DNA from: Heterodontus francisci
Taxonomy: Eukaryota
Assembly (NCBI RefSeq): GCF_036365525.1
Contig: NW_027140453.1
Location: 868,001 to 932,000 of the forward strand
Length of the DNA stretch: 64,000 nt
Reading direction: 5' to 3'
Position 1 is the stretch's first letter, and the number at the start of each line of letters is the position of its first letter. A model generated the notes under the pieces. That model had not been told where the DNA came from. It ran no database searches and was given only the letters and a program-made list of their open reading frames with translations. This document shows positions 24,843 to 36,220 of the stretch, piece after piece. The translations under genes were made by a program, and so were the position numbers.

Positions 24843-25738
24843 ATGACTGTGTCTCACCTCTGGGTTGTGTTGCTGGTGTTAAGGGGTAAGGTGGAACTCG
24901 ACTGAGAGATGCCAGTCATCCTCACTGCTCTTTGCCTGTGTGACCCCATTGGGGGTTTACCCCCTTACTAGGCACCGTCACTGTGATTGTTAATTTAGCT
25001 GCTCTCTTTCTCGTTTTGTATTCCTTTCTCTCTCCCCCTCTCTCTTTCTCTCTGTCTAACGATATATGTACCTCTATGTCTGTCCTTCCCACTCTCCTTT
25101 TCTTTCTGTCTCTCTTGCTCTCTCTCCCTGTCCTCTTAGTTCCTTCATGTATGTTGCCCATGCATAGATTGTTGCTGTGTTTCTCCCTCTGTGTGTTTGC
25201 TTCCCCCTCTCTCTCTCTGTCTCTGCTTCTCTCCTTTTCTCTCACTCTTTTTCATTCTCTCTCTCTCTCTCTGTGCATCTCCCCGTCTCCCACCTCTCCC
25301 TTCTTACATAGGAACACGGGACATTTAGAACACACAGGAGGTCATTCAGCCCATCGTGCCTCTCCCCTCTTTGTGGCCGATGTCAATTTAAACATTGTCC
25401 CTGGGTTTATCTTTCTCTCTCTCTCTCTCTGTTTTACAGATGTGGGGGCCGTGCTGATACAACAGACTCCCGCTTCCCTATCCCATTCCCCAGGTTCTCC
25501 AGTCAGTATCCAGTGTATTTACCCTGAAGCAACAGCTGGCTCCTATTTCTACTGGTACCGGTGGCATCTGGACCGTGAGCCCGAGAACCTTTTCTATTCC
25601 AACGTCCCCGGAACGGTCATTCCCTCCGGTGAGGTGGACGGTTTCACCGCCAGGAGACCCGACAACACCCATTTTTACCTGGAGTCCTCCAGCCTGTGGG
25701 CGAATCAATCAGCCGTGTATTACTGTGCCTGGAGTCAG
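24843..25738 (+). CDS. TRBV: TCR beta V gene segment (CAWS type); leader 24843-24885, V exon 25440-25738
   Basis: Leader MTVSHLWVVLLVLR ending G|GTAAG; acceptor TTTTACAG; IQQTP..IQC..FYWYRW..NQSAVYYCAWS. Confidence 0.9.
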
Positions 25739-25777
25739 CACAGTGACTCAGAAAGGCGCCGGAGTTCAGCAAATACT
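25739..25777 (+). promoter_or_regulatory. 23-RSS with a degenerate nonamer
   Basis: CACAGTG + 23 nt + GCAAATACT. Confidence 0.9.
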
Positions 25778-25809
25778 CTAAAGGGGGAGGAAAGCACTTG
25801 TGGGAGATA

Positions 25810-26175
25810 AACCTGTCTGTCTATCTCAGTGTCTTTCTGTCTCTCGGACTATCTGCGAGTTTCTGTGTCTCTTTGTGCGTCTCTGCATCTATCTATCTGT
25901 CTATCTGTCTATCGATCTGTATCTATCTATGTCTATCTATCTTTCCATCTATCTACGTGTCTATCAATCTATCTATAAATCTATCTGTATCTATCTATCT
26001 TTGTGTTTACCTGTCTGTCTGTCTGTCTCTCTGTCTCTATCTATCTATCTGTATCTATCAATCCATCTGTATCTATCTATCGATCCATCTGTATCTATCT
26101 ATTTATCGATCTCGCTGTCCATTTTTGGTTATTTGCACCATTTATCTATCTATTTATCTCGATCATATATATATA
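25810..26175. repeat. Degenerate (TATC)n microsatellite
   Basis: Directly visible. Confidence 0.9.
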
Positions 26176-26955
26176 TTTGTCATCTCTGTCTCTCACAGTT
26201 TCATCTTCTTGCTCTCCTTCGACTCAGAGTACATCAATACATTATGAATTATTAAAAATGCTGCAGCAATGTGCTCAGATCCTTCTCGTTAAGGCAGCCT
26301 CTACCTGTAAAGAACAGATTCAGAGGTGGGGTAAATGGGCTCATGGTCCTGTTGAATGAGCTGTCGGTGGTATGTGACAAGAGTTACACATAGCTCCCTA
26401 TTGTACATGTCCACGATGATTCATACAATGCAAAAGTGAGACACCTCCCCAGATAGGTCTCTCACTGGAACACCTGCCTCCTGACGGCGGTTTGAGCATC
26501 TGTTTAAAACAGTTAACCCACTTCTTCATGACACTGTCGCTTTTCAAAGTATCTAACATTTCACCCCAATGTAAAACACAGCCCTTGAATTGTCGTTTAG
26601 CACAGGGGAAATAACTTTTGATCTGCCGAATACAAACAAGCAACTTGATGTGTCTTATATATTTATAGAATCATACAGCAGAGCCGAGGCCATTCAGCCC
26701 ATCGAGCCTGGCCCAGCTGTTCGAAAGAGCTACCCTATACAACACCAATCAGACACAACCAACGAGAGCCAGATACAGACGGGAAGCAGTTCCTTATTCA
26801 AGCTCCTTCCGACCAGTGGGTGTTATTATTCTGTCATACCCAGAAGTGAGGGGTCAGAAGGAAACCCTGTTTCCAGTGCTGTCATTTCCGCTCTCTGCTT
26901 TATCTTCAGCCGCCTGATATTGGTTCATGAACAGATTCAGCCCCCAGTCTGCAGG

Positions 26956-27771
26956 ATGCAGTTAGTCAAACTCTTCCTAATCGTCTGTTCTCTTCTTCCA
27001 TGTAGGTATTCATTGTTCATAAAGATACCTGTGCTAAATACTTGCTGTGTTTTCATTCACTACTAACTTCTATCAAACTAGATTGATAAAACATCATTGC
27101 AGTCGATTTTCTGTCATTTCTTAAACTACATACTTTACTTTCACTGTAAATAATATTTACTTAATGAAATTTTTGACTGAATGAAAGTTACTTATATATT
27201 CGTGACGCTACTACAGCTATCTTTAACCGATAAGTTTGCCCTAATTCTGGGTTAATTTGTCTCTCTCATGTCACTTGCTACATTATTTTTCAGTCACTAT
27301 ATCTATCTGTTTATTATCTATATATCTACCAATATATCATTTAACTATATATTGTCTGCCTATATAGTTATCTAGTATTATCTAATTATCTATTTTGATA
27401 GTTATAGTTGGTTATCATATGTCACAATATGTTCTAAACTTTTTTAAACTATTCTCCTTATTTCTCAAGGCAAAACTCTAGCAGAGGTGATACACCAGTG
27501 GCCAACTCTGGTGGTGGTGAAGAGAGGTGAACCAGCAGAATTAAACTGTTACCAGAATGACAGTAGTAAGAGCGTTATGCTGTGGTATCGGCAGTATGCC
27601 GGGCAGGGGCTCACCCTAATGGGCTATTCTTACACTGGAAGCTCACCCACGTACGAAGGAAAATTTGAAGAGGAGGTGAAGATTATAAGGCCCGAGGACA
27701 AACGATGCAGCCTGAGGGTCCTCAAGGTTAAGGCTGTGGATGCGGCGGTGTATTACTGTGCAGCCAGGGAG
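26956..27771 (+). CDS. TRBV: TCR beta V gene segment; leader 26956-27001, V exon 27470-27771; apparently functional
   Basis: Leader MQLVKLFLIVCSLLP ending T|GTAGGT; acceptor TTCTCAAG; VIHQWP..LNCYQND..MLWYRQ..GLTLMGYSY..DAAVYYCAAR. Confidence 0.92.
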
Positions 27772-27810
27772 CACAGCGCTGCAGACTGCCTTAGTGCCAG
27801 TACAAAAACC
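27772..27810 (+). promoter_or_regulatory. 23-RSS
   Basis: CACAGCG + 23 nt + ACAAAAACC. Confidence 0.95.
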
Positions 27811-29034
27811 AACAGGGTGAACAACACAACTGACTGACATACAGGAGCAGTGACAATGGTTAATGTCTCTCCCTGCCTCACCGGCCGTTTTCCAAGCTGG
27901 TGATTCCCGGATTCCTGAACCTTCATCATGGGCTGAATGACAGGGAATAGCACAAGGTCCGAGGAACAGAGAGAGAAGGAAAGAGAGAGATGTGTCTCAG
28001 ATCCCCTGCAAAATTTCAAAGTCCTCGTCTACACCGTTTAATTTCTGGCACTGAGTATGTTAAAACTGAGTCACAGTCTCTGTCCTATACTTGATTAATT
28101 AAAAGGTTAATTAATGATGTAAATAAGACAGATAGTTTACATCACCATTGTGAAGCGATGGATAGAGTATCAATCATCTACAAGGTACAAGTCAGGAGTG
28201 TGATGGAATACTCTCCATTTGCCTGGATGATGCAGCTCCAACAACACTCAGGAAGCTCAACACGATCCAGGACATAGCAGCCCGGTTGTTCAGTACCCCA
28301 CCTACCACCTTCAACACTCACTCCCTTCACCACAGTGGCAGCAGTGTATACCATCTACAAGATGCACTGCAGCAAAGCATCGAGTGTCCTTAGACAGCAC
28401 CTTCCAAGCCCACCAACTCTACCACCAGAAGGACAAGGGCAGTAGACTCATGGGAACACCACCACCTGCAAGTTCCCCTCCAAGCAACACACCATCCTGA
28501 CTTGGAACTATATTGCCGTTTCTTCACTGTCACTGGGTCAAAATCCTGGAACTCCCTTCCTAACAGCACTGTGGGTGTACCTCCCCCACATGGACTGCAG
28601 TGTTGCAAAAAGGCAGCTCATCACCACCTTCTCAAGGGCAAATAATTGCTGGTCTTGCAAAAGAAATTCACGTCCCATGAACGAATAAGAAAAAGAAATT
28701 ATTTCAGCTCTTCCACGACTTCAAGACGCCCCAAGACAGTTAACAGCCAATTAAGAACTGGACAATGATGGTCAGATCCTCTGCTATCTCTTCTCTTGCT
28801 TTGATTTTTTTTTATTCATTCTGGGGACCAGGGTCCCTCTGAGAAGGCCAGCAGTTATTCAACATCGCTAATTGCCCTGGAGAAGGTGTCTGCTGCCTTG
28901 TAGATAACTGAAGGGCTTGCTGGGTCATTTCGGAGAGCAGTGTACTTAAAATACGGAATTCAATTGGTGTACAGCACCATTCCATAGGCAGCATAGACAG
29001 ACAGATAGCTGGCGAGGAAGGTAGACAGACAGAC

Positions 29035-29069
<35 letters not shown>

Positions 29070-29329
29070 CGATCGATCTATCTCCTGGCTTCGGTGTGAA
29101 CACGAGCTCAGAAAGTGGCGAGGGGGGAGACAAGGGGAGAGAAGAAAGAAGGAAAAGGTAGCATAAGGAAGCAAGCAAAAGAATGGGGGAACAACTTAAA
29201 GGTAGGGGCGGGGATCATTGCCTTGAGATAACTTCCTCTTCTGACGATCCGATCTGCCTACACCTCATCTCTCTCCCTCCCTTAAAACCCAGAGTAACCA
29301 GCAGAAAGTCTCTCAGATCCACCGCAAAC

Positions 29330-30055
29330 ATGCCTTTCAGTTTCATCCTCTTTGCTATTTCCCTTCTGGCGCTGAGTAGGTTAAAATTCTGTCCCAATCA
29401 CTCTTCTACATTTGATCAACTGAAAGGGATGATTAATGATCTCAATAAAACTGAGCGGCGGTGACTTGTGAAATCAGTAATCGATTATTTCATATCAGAC
29501 AGTGAACTCATTCATCTGTCCCCTAGTTCGGGAAGACAAGTGTTATTAATATGATGTTAACTCTTTAATGTTTGCACCCACTTGCAAGCTTGTGGATTCC
29601 ACAATTCTATTTTACAGTTGTAAAGATCCAGGTGCTTGTAGGAAATTAGGACACAGACTGAATTTCCGTCGTTAATTTGGTGCAACACCGACGTCCATCG
29701 TCGCAATTGTAACTCCATCGATACTAGTTCATTCCCTCTAATTTCTCTTTCTAGGTGTTTGCCGGGGTGATGTGATACATCAATGGCCTCAGTCACTGGC
29801 TGTTAAACAACGAGGACCCGTGGAAATGAACTGACTGCAGAAAGGAACAGTTCGCAATATCATGTACTGGTATCGTCAGTCCCCCATTCCTCTCAATGGG
29901 CTCTGTTTACCTAGGCAGTGAACCTCAGTATGAAGAGGGTTTTAAGAGCGGGTTTGTTATTACCAGGACTCTGGACAATAAGAAATCCACTCTGACGATC
30001 GAGAGTGTGAACGCCACGGACGAGGCGTTGTATTTCTGTGCAGCTGGTGATGGGA
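29330..30055 (+). pseudogene. TRBV: TCR beta V pseudogene; leader 29330-29375, V exon 29755-30055
   Basis: Leader MPFSFILFAISLLAL; DVIHQWPQ..EMN* (TGA at 29832-29834 in the first Cys position); frameshifting deletion after WYRQSP; DEALYFCAAG. Confidence 0.9.
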
Positions 30056-30094
30056 CACAGCGGTTCAGAGTCATTGGCCGCCTTGACAAAAACC
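30056..30094 (+). promoter_or_regulatory. 23-RSS, intact
   Basis: CACAGCG + 23 nt + ACAAAAACC. Confidence 0.95.
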
Positions 30095-30294
30095 CTCACA
30101 CGTCTCCCTTTAAACGGGTGCATTTAACCCAGCATTCGGTGAAGAGCAGCCCTGGCTGATCGGTTGCGGATCTGCATCTGTTCAGTGCCCGTTCGAGTGG
30201 CAGAACGCCCATGTTCTAACTCCCCACAACCTCCAGACAGACAACACACACTCTCTGTGCCCACACCTGTCTAATGGTTCATAGAACGGCTCTT

Positions 30295-31440
30295 CAACCC
30301 GTACCTCGGTTAGACCACACCTGGAGCACTGTGCACAATTCTCAGCTCTATATACTTTGTTTAGACGACACCTGAAGTGCTGAGGACAATGCTGAGGGTG
30401 ACCTGATAGAGGTGTTCAAGATTATGAAGGAATATGACAGGGCAGAGAAAATGCCTGCACTTGTAGGGAAGGTCATGAATACATCATACTCACTAATAAC
30501 TCCAAGAAATGAATTTACACAGAGTGGTAAGAATGTGGAATTCACTAGCACACAGAAATAAATGATGTGTATAACCAGATATATGTAAATGGATGCTGGA
30601 TAAAAACATTAGGGAGCAGGAAATAGCACCTCATACTGATAGGGCTGGGTGAAGACATTGTTTATGTTCTTTCATCAGATGTGGGAATAAAATGTGAGAA
30701 TAAGCTAACCAGCAATATAAACACAGATGGTAGGAGCTTTTACATAAAAAGTAAGAGAGTAGCTAAAGTTGACGTTGGTCCCTTAGAGGGAAAGACAGGA
30801 AAAATCATCATGAGGAATGGGGAAATAGCAGGGGAATTGAACTAATATTTTGTGCCTGTCTTCACAGTCGAAGACACAAGTTCCATCCCAGAAATATGCA
30901 GTTATCTGGGGCCTAAAAAGCGGGAGGAAATTAAGGATATTCATATCAATTGAGAAAAAGTTTTGGAGAAACTTGAGGGATTAAAATCTGACAAGTCCCC
31001 TGGAACAGATGGATTATATACCAGAGTTCTAAAAGAGATAGCTGCAGAGAGAGTGGGGGCGCTGGTTATGATTTTACAGAATTCCTTAGATTCAGGAATG
31101 GTCCCATCGGATTGAAAGCTGACAAATGTTACACGGCTTTTCAAGAAAAGAGGCAGCGAGAAATCTCAGGATAAGGGATCAATCATTCCGGACTGAGATG
31201 AGGAGAAATGACTTCACTCAAAGGGTTGTGAAACTTTGGAATTCTCTATCCCAGAGTGTTGTGGATGTTCCTTCATTGAATACATTTAAGGCTGGGAGTT
31301 TTGATCCCTCAGGAAATAAAGGGATATGGGGAGCAGGCAGGAAAGTGGAATTGAAACCCAAGATCAGCCATTATTGTATTGAATGACGGAGTAGGCTCGA
31401 TGGGATATATGCTCTACACCTGCTCCTATTTCTTGTGTTC
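30295..31440 (+). mobile_element. CR1 fragments
   Basis: DKSPGTDGLYTRVLKEIA; FTQRVVKLWNSL; internal deletion. Confidence 0.8.
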
Positions 31441-32344
31441 TGTGGGTCTGGAGTCACATGCAGGCCAGACCAGGTAGGTACGGCGGATTTCCTTCCCTAA
31501 AAGACATGAGTGAGCCAGCTAGGTGTCAGGGCGCCTTAACTGAGACTAGCATTCAATTGCAGATTTTCCAATGAAATAATTGTATTTATTCATTAATTGA
31601 ATTTAAATTCCACCATCTGACCTCATGGGATTCGAACGCATGTCCCCTGGGGATTCACCCCAGCCTCTGGTTTGCTCGCACAACTACACTGCCATCTGCT
31701 CCAGCCTAGTCTGGAACATGGTCCCATCGGGCCGAATAGCCTGAATCTGTGCTGCAAATTCTATCTAATTCGATGTCACCAGCATCACCAGCCGAAGCAA
31801 TGTATTAAAAATGGGAAGACGGAGCAATTTCAAAGCATGTCTTCATAATGCCTATTTTATCAATTGCACTGCGCAAATCTCAGGTGCCTGTAGTTACACA
31901 TTACAGCCACGAGATGGGGATGGAGCTCTACCGCAGCCTGAGTCCCACTTGCTTCTGCAAAGACTGAGCGAACAATACAGCAGTGACTTGACCCATCTAC
32001 CTAATAGTCAATTCCACTAACTGTGAAACAGATTCAAATCATAACCATTCCACACAAAATAGACAACTGGATTTTCCCAAGTCTGCTCGTTCATAGTGAA
32101 TGGTTTGAGCAACACTTGTGAGATACCAAAACAGATGATCTGAAGGAAGTAAAGAGGGGAAGCAAAGTCAGAAAACAGTGAAAGAAAAATGGAGAAGGAA
32201 TAATTTTATATAAAATACGCACATTCAGGGATGTGCACATCACTGACAAGGTCAGCATTCATTACCTATGCCGAATTGCCCTGAACTGAATGACTTGCTA
32301 GCCCATTTCAGAGGCAGTTAACAGTGAACTACATTGTTATCAGG

Positions 32345-33300
32345 AGATACATTTTGGCAGAAGGGAGACAGAGAGGAAATACAGACTTAATGACACAGGC
32401 CTAAAGAGTGTTCAAGGACAGAGGGACCTGGGGTTATTGTGCATAGATCTTTGAAGGTGGCAGGACATATGGAGAAAGAGGTTCACAAAGCTTATGGGAT
32501 CTTGGGATTCATGAATAGAGGTATAAAGTACAAAAGCAGGGAGGTTATGCTCAACATATATGAGGTTCTGGTTAGGCCCCAACTTGAGTACTGAGCTCGG
32601 TTCTGGTCACCACACTTTCGGAAGGATGTAGGGTCCTTGAGAGGGTGCAGAGGAGATTTACTGGAATGGTTCCAGGGATGAGAGAGTTTAACTGCATGGT
32701 TAGTTTGGTGAAGCTGGGGTTGTTCTCCTTGGAGCAAAGGAAATTGAGGGGAGATTTGACAGAAGTGTACAAAATGACGAGAGGTTTAGATAAAGTAGAC
32801 AAAGAAAAACTGTTCCCATTAGCTGATTGTACAAAGACTAGGGGACGAAGAGGATAGGAATAAAACAGAGAATAAAAGCTGAGAAAAACTGAAATCCGAT
32901 AGGGAGTTGAGGAGAATTCTTTACCCAAAATACAGAATTCAATGCCAGCAGAAACTGCTAAGACAAAGGCAGGAACAGGAAGGGGCCATTCAGGCCCTCA
33001 ATTCTGTACCACCATTCAATGAGACCATGGCTGATCTGTGATCTAACTCCATATTCCCGCCTTTGCCCCATATCCCTTAATATTTATTTTGGATCACAAA
33101 AACCTATCCATCTCCGATTTCAAATTAACAATTGATTCAGCATCAATTTCCCTTAGCAGAAGAGAGTTCAAACCTCTCCACCCATTGTGTGTAAAAGTGT
33201 CTCCTAATTTCACTCCTGAAAGGTCTGGCTCTAATTTTTAGTCTTTGCCTCTTAGTCCTAGATTCCCAAACCAGCGGTAATAGTTTCTCTCTATCTACTC
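32345..33300. mobile_element. CR1 fragments (32345-32930 plus; 32960-33300 minus) abutting the truncated V
   Basis: QRRFTGMVPGM..LGLFSLEQRKLRGDL; reverse 3' UTR. Confidence 0.85.
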
Positions 33301-33319
33301 CCAAAGACTAAATAAATAC

Positions 33320-33427
33320 AACTTCAAACTGGAGACCTCCAGCCTGCAGGAGAATCACTCGGCCGTGTATTTCTGTGCCTGGAGAGATCACAGTGACTCA
33401 GAGAGATGGAGCAGTTCAACAAAAACA
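33320..33427 (+). pseudogene. TRBV: 3' fragment of a CAW-family TRBV with intact 23-RSS (33389-33427)
   Basis: FKLETSSLQENHSAVYFCAWRD then CACAGTG + 23 nt + ACAAAAACA; 5' part missing. Confidence 0.92.
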
Positions 33428-34540
33428 TCAAAGGCAGCAGGAAACACCTGTTTCAGATAAAATTGCTCGGTACCTTGACCGACTGTTCCCTGATGCAGAG
33501 TGAAAGTGTTTATTACAATAAAAAGAGTTGAGTTATGATTGTAGTGACACACTAGATTTACAGGTACTGCCGAGGGTGCAATGAACGATTAATAAAGATG
33601 TCACGAGATTTCAGAATGTAACTATCAGGAATCAATGACAATAATCTGGGTATTCTTACACTGACCCTGTGTTTACCTTCTCCACAGGGACAGCAGAGAG
33701 GGATCCAGGACCATAGACCGGACAATGGCTTTGAGAAGGATTTAGTGAGAAAACTAATAGAGCAGGAGATCATGTAGATCCAGCTTGATATACATCAACA
33801 GGACAAGGACACCCACTCCTTTAGAGAGAGACAGAGAGTGTATGTGTGTGAAAGAGAGAGCGAGATCCAGTGAGAGAGAGGAAAAACGACAGGTAGAGTT
33901 AAAGAGACTGAGACAGAGAGGGAGACGGAGATAGAGGCAAAGACAGTGAGACAGCAAGAGACACATAATGAGAGAGAGAGAGAGACACTGAGAGAGAGAC
34001 GGAGAGAAAGAGAGACTGAGCTAAAGAGCCTGCGACAGATAGGAAGTTAGATCAAGAGAGAGACAGAGACAGGGAAATAAACTGAAGAGATAACAAGAGT
34101 AAGAGAGAGGGAGAGTCAGAGAGAAGGAGGGAATGGGAGACATAACCTTAGATACATGAGGAGACAGAGAGTCAGAGAGAAAAAGTGAGCGAAGATAGAC
34201 TGAGATAGAATGGGAGAGAGAGTCTGAGAAAGGAAGAGAGTGGGAGACATAAACCTAGACACATGAGGGGAGAGAGAGAGAGAGACAGAGAGAGAGTGCA
34301 AGAGAGCGGAAGGTAAACTGAGATAGAGATAGATAGAGAGAGAGAGAGAGAAGCAGAATGGCAGCCAATTCAATTCTGATTTGTTGAACTGGGTGAATGG
34401 GCGTCTCCAACATTGTATCACATCCTAATGCTCTTCATGTTCCTCCCAATGATTTGTAAAGAGTGGATTTGGACCGTTACAAGACTCGAAGCTCCTGATC
34501 TCACTCCTGTGTCTATTAAGAGAACAGGTTATAGTGAAAG

Positions 34541-34993
34541 ATGTATCAGTTACTGGGTCTGATAATCCTGTTTCATTGTGAGTGAGTGTGAAGTGCAAAA
34601 ACTATTGTTAATAACTTTCCTCTCTTCTCCCTGTCTCCCTTTCATTCCCAGAAGTTTCCTGTTTACTGATCTGCTCTTCTCTCCATCTCTCTCCCAGATG
34701 TGAACTCACAGACTATCCACCAGACTCCCGCCGCTGTCTCCAGATTGCGTGGAGAGGCAGTGGAACTGAGGTGCACAGTGGAGGGCAGCAGTACTGCTAG
34801 AATGTACTGGTACAGACAATATCCGGGGAAGGAGCCGCTGTTGATGGTTTACTCCACTACTGCTAACTATGTGGATCCAGAGGGGATGGTGGGCGGTTTC
34901 ACCGCCGAGAGACCAACTGACTCCCAGTTCAACCTTGAGTCCTCCAGCCTGCGGGAGAATCACTCGGCCGTGTATTTCTGTGCCTGGAGTCCT
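34541..34993 (+). CDS. TRBV: TCR beta V gene segment (TRBV30-like); leader 34541-34577, V exon 34698-34993; apparently functional
   Basis: Leader MYQLLGLIILFH ending T|GTGAGT; acceptor CTCCCAG; SQTIHQTP..LRCTVEG..MYWYRQ..NHSAVYFCAWS. Confidence 0.94.
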
Positions 34994-35032
34994 CACAGTG
35001 ACTCAGAGAGATGGAGCAGTTCAACAAAAACC
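34994..35032 (+). promoter_or_regulatory. 23-RSS, perfect consensus
   Basis: CACAGTG + 23 nt + ACAAAAACC. Confidence 0.96.
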
Positions 35033-35309
35033 CCAAAGGCAACAGAAAACACCTGTTTGAGATAAACCCAGACGGTGCTGCATCCTGCTGGCTGTTTTTG
35101 TCATTGGGAACATGTTTTTCACAAGAAGACAGGGCGGATTTAGATAGAAAGAGATTAGATTTGGAGACAGTGGAAAATTGCGAGATAGAATTTCGAGGAA
35201 TGATACCGATACTGAGAAGTTATAGCGATCAAAGAAGTCTGAACCAGAAAAGAGAAGACTGAAGGATAAACCTTTAGTGTTCTTAGAGAGATTCTGAAAG
35301 GGTTTAATG

Positions 35310-35504
35310 NNNNNNNNNNNNNNNNNNNNNNNNNNNNNNNNNNNNNNNNNNNNNNNNNNNNNNNNNNNNNNNNNNNNNNNNNNNNNNNNNNNNNNNNNNN
35401 NNNNNNNNNNNNNNNNNNNNNNNNNNNNNNNNNNNNNNNNNNNNNNNNNNNNNNNNNNNNNNNNNNNNNNNNNNNNNNNNNNNNNNNNNNNNAGACGTGT
35501 AGGG

Positions 35505-35564
<60 letters not shown>

Positions 35565-36060
35565 CGATAGATAAATAGACAGACAGACAGACATATAGAC
35601 AGGTANNNNNNNNNNNNNNNNNNNNNNNNNNNNNNNNNNNNNNNNNNNNNNNNNNNNNNNNNNNNNNNNNNNNNNNNNNNNNNNNNNNNNNNNNNNNNNN
35701 NNNNNNNNNNNNNNNNNNNNNNNNNNNNNNNNNNNNNNNNNNNNNNNNAGNNNNNNNNNNNNNNNNNNNNNNNNNNNNNNNNNNNNNNNNNNNNNNNNNN
35801 NNNNNNNNNNNNNNNNNNNNNNNNNNNNNNNNNNNNNNNNNNNNNNNNNNNNNNNNNNNNNNNNNNNNNNNNNNNNNNNNNNNNNNNNNNNNNNNNNNNN
35901 NNNNNNNNNNNNNNNNNNNNNNNNNNNNNNNNNNNNNNNNNNNNNNNNNNNNNNNNNNNNNNNNNNNNNNNNNNNNNNNNNNNNNNNNNNNNNNNNNNNN
36001 NNNNNNNNNNNNNNNNNNNNNNNNNNNNNNNNNNNNNNNNNNNNNNNNNNNNNNNNNNNN
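35310..36060. other. Assembly gaps around a (GATA)n tract; further gaps at 40220-40367 and 62343-62479
   Basis: Runs of N. Confidence 0.99.
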
Positions 36061-36189
36061 AGATAACTAGATGGATAAATGGGTGGATAGATAAGTAGAT
36101 AGGTAGGTAGATCAATCGGAACAGAGATAGTTAAGTAAATAGATATACAGACACTGTTGTGGTTTATTCACTGACAGTGTTGTCTTTCT

Positions 36190-36220
36190 CCACAGGGACA
36201 GCAGAGGGCGGTGTAGGACC
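36190..36220 (+). promoter_or_regulatory. CTCF-like motif downstream of the last TRBV
   Basis: CCACAGGGACAGCAGAGGGCGGTGTAGGACC. Confidence 0.55.

Noticed and set aside
24983-25439. Long hydrophobic N-terminal extensions of the V ORFs
   Set aside because: CT-rich intron sequence; proper leader exons with GT-AG boundaries were found upstream
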